The notes below the pieces were generated by a model that saw only the letters and a list, made by a program, of their open reading frames with translations, did not search any database and was not told the origin of the DNA. This document shows positions 61,638 through 64,000 of a stretch of 64,000 bases of DNA, piece after piece (within the stretch, counting starts at the first letter, position 1; every line of letters starts with the position of its first letter). Source of the DNA: Raillietiella orientalis (taxonomy: Eukaryota); assembly GCA_036172245.1 (NCBI GenBank), contig JAYWIR010000011.1:4526001-4590000 (forward strand). Direction: 5' to 3'. A program made the translations under genes and the position numbers.

Positions 61638-63619
61638 GTGTACGGCGTTCCGGTTCGTCGAGGCATAAGGCAGGGTGACAGTCTGAGCCCCTTGCTCTTC
61701 AGCATCTACTTCGAGTTGGTGCTGAGGGCATACAGGATGACTCTGGCAACCCTGCCGAGCTCGTGTCCCGGCACGCCTGCCATGTCGGCCTGTGCCGATG
61801 ATCTTCTGCTCCTGCTTCCCGGGTCCACACCAGTGGAGGCGCTCGAAGATTTCTTTGAGCTGCTGCGCTGAGGGACGGGCCTGCAGGTGAACAGAGAGAA
61901 ATCCACAATTGTGACAACATCTCCACTTCTTTCAAGAAATACGGCGTGGGCTGGACGGCCGGACTGGATCCGCTTGAAGATCCCCACGGGCAGGTGCTTC
62001 AAGTACCTTGGCGTTCCGTTGGGGGACTTCTGCGTTGCAGAAGCCTGGTCAGGTCGTCTCCAAAAAGTGGAGTCAGCGATCGGCCCGTTTCTGGAAGGCA
62101 AGCTTCACTTGCAGGAACGGGCCGCGGTGTGGAACGCGTTCGCGGCCCCCCTCCTTCGCCCCCTACTTTTTGTTTGCCCCGTACCCCGTGAATTGAGAAA
62201 AAGAACGAAGGACCTCCTACGTATCGCCCTGTGGGGAGGCGGGAGGCCTCGTGTGCCTCTTAAAGACTTGTGCGCTCCACGTCGGGACGGAGGTCTCAGC
62301 GTACTGACGATGGAGCGAATGGAAACACAGCTGCGGTGGCGTACTCTAGCCATCGCAGCGAAGATGTGGAGCACCCCTTGGTGCGTACCGGCCCGCCTTC
62401 TCGCCAGACGTGTGTCCGGGACTGAAGGACTCGCGTCTTTTCTTCTGTGCCCCGGCCGGAAAAAAAGAAGATGCGGACTTCTCCTGGGACGCATGGCCAC
62501 CCTGGCAAAGGAGAACGCGTGGATGACCTGCAGCCCTGCCAACTCCAGCGCATGGCTGGAAGAAACAGTTGGAACGTGGGCAAAGATAAACAATATCAGT
62601 GAAGAATCCTGCAACGGCCTGCGTACCGGCATCTACACCCGCTGCACGCTGCGGAACATGATCGTGTGTCCCGCCAGAAGCACATGGGCGGAGACGACCC
62701 CACTGGCCACGGCGCTACCCTTCCTACGGAGGGCGCTCCAAAATATTCGGAAGCCGAGATGGCAAGTCTCCTGCCGGATAGCGGGCAAAGAGAAGGATCT
62801 GACTGGGTGGACCATGAGGGAACTGGCTGACGCCGCGACCCCAAGAATTCACCCGCATGGACTACGGAGATGGGGCGAGCTGCTTGGCATCCCGACGGAT
62901 GACCTAGAGTGGCCCCCGTCGTTCATTGATTCATCAATCCTCCCCCTAAAGTGGCAGGAAACGGCGCTGTTGTTGTTGCACTGGGGTCTTCCCTGCAACG
63001 CGCGCCGCCACCACTGGACGTGGGGGAATGTTAAACAGAACTGTGCAGTGTGCGGGGAGAAGGAATCCCTCCCCCATCTGTTAGTGGACTGCGGTGCCCT
63101 CCGGCCCTTGTGGGAAAGTTTTGCTACGATTCTTTCAATGCCGGTAGGCAGCACCCCCAGAGACGTTATGAGACTCCTCTTCGTGCGACACGCCCTGACA
63201 CCAGCCTCAGCCCTGGCAGCACTTTGCTGCCTCCGAGGGATTGTGGCCGCGTGGAGCGCAGCCAACAGAGGAAGCAGCGACAGGGATCCCATCGTACACG
63301 CTGGTCGATACCTGCGAATCGCGATCGGCTGGTCCCATCTGGGAACAATGAAGAGGGACCTCGAGGGCATCCTCGAAAGGATGGTCTCTTCCTCCAGCGG
63401 GCTGTGATCCCTTCCCGGCCCTCCAAATAGTTTCTTTTCGTTTATTTCTTTTATTTTTCTTTTCGTTTTTAGCCCCTACTTCCTCCGCTGCCGAGGAGAG
63501 TCAAGCCGGCCTGCAAGTCGGCTTCCTGGCAGGTCCAAAGAACTATTGGCCGTAGCAGGGCCTCGTACCGCGAAAACATAGTGTTTAGCAATAAACGCCC
63601 CGGCGTGACCGGGTGAAAA
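61638..63619 (+). mobile_element. 5'-truncated L1/Tx1-like LINE (partial RT, C-terminus, 3' UTR)
   Basis: RRGIRQGDSLSPLLF and CADDLLL, one in-frame TGA at 61869, then 506 aa with FKYLGVPLG and CAVCGEKESLPHLLVDC. T-rich UTR and terminal motif at 63590-63619. Confidence 0.95.
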
Positions 63620-64000
63620 CTCCCCCGGAAACACGGTTCGTCCGCTGGTTGGAGTAAAAACCCCAATGCACCAGCATGATGACGTCCTGCTTCCACGAAA
63701 GGGGGAACACAGAAGTGTTCAAACAGGAGGGAGGGACCACAAGTTCTTCGGGGGGCACACTCAAGTGTTCACTCCACCGAAGGAGTCCCTTCGAGATGTG
63801 GCGAGGCATGGCGGCGTCTGCCAGCTCGCAAGTCCTCCAGCCTCCTATGGGTGGTGTTCCTCCTGCGATGGTGCAGGCGACCTCCCATCTCGCCGGTTCG
63901 CAGCTGTCATCTCTTGCCCTGAGGGCTGACAGTGCGTCGGCGAGGGGGGTGAGGACCAGGCCGGTCCACTTCTCCTGGCTGTTGCACACCTCGTCCACCG
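63620..64000 (-). mobile_element. L1/Tx1-like LINE fragment running off the window edge
   Basis: TPLADALSAL, PARWEVACTIAG and VFPLSWKQDVIMLVHWG are homologous to the post-RT region of the neighbouring copies. Cut at about 63620. Confidence 0.9.

Overview
Eukaryotic, probably metazoan, genomic DNA with compact (about 40-55 nt) GT-AG introns and heavy retroelement invasion. Three host genes are visible. (1) A HECTD2-like HECT E3 ubiquitin ligase on +, with 9 exons resolved at 30244-44113 and the 5' exons unresolved. (2) A complete 5-exon DDRGK1/UFBP1 on - (44223-45684), convergent with the ligase. (3) A partial, divergent PXA/PX/Nexin_C sorting-nexin-like gene on - (6 in-phase exons at 46564-47442, probably extending to about 50 kb). 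Most of the rest is repeats. There are many 5'-truncated or decayed L1/Tx1-like LINEs, the youngest forming a nested pile at 50-64 kb, and four copies share a 3' AATAAA + stem-loop terminus. Relics of a second, I/Jockey-like LINE clade are present. About 8 copies belong to a long, highly structured tRNA-derived SINE-like family (doubled B-box head, tandem UUCG-hairpin subrepeats, AGCGAACC-poly(A) end). A 3.25-kb near-perfect inverted duplication spans 3550-6805 / 9499-12754. Most ORFs in the six-frame track are GC-rich shadow ORFs. All homology calls are by-eye motif recognition from recalled family sequences, not database searches.
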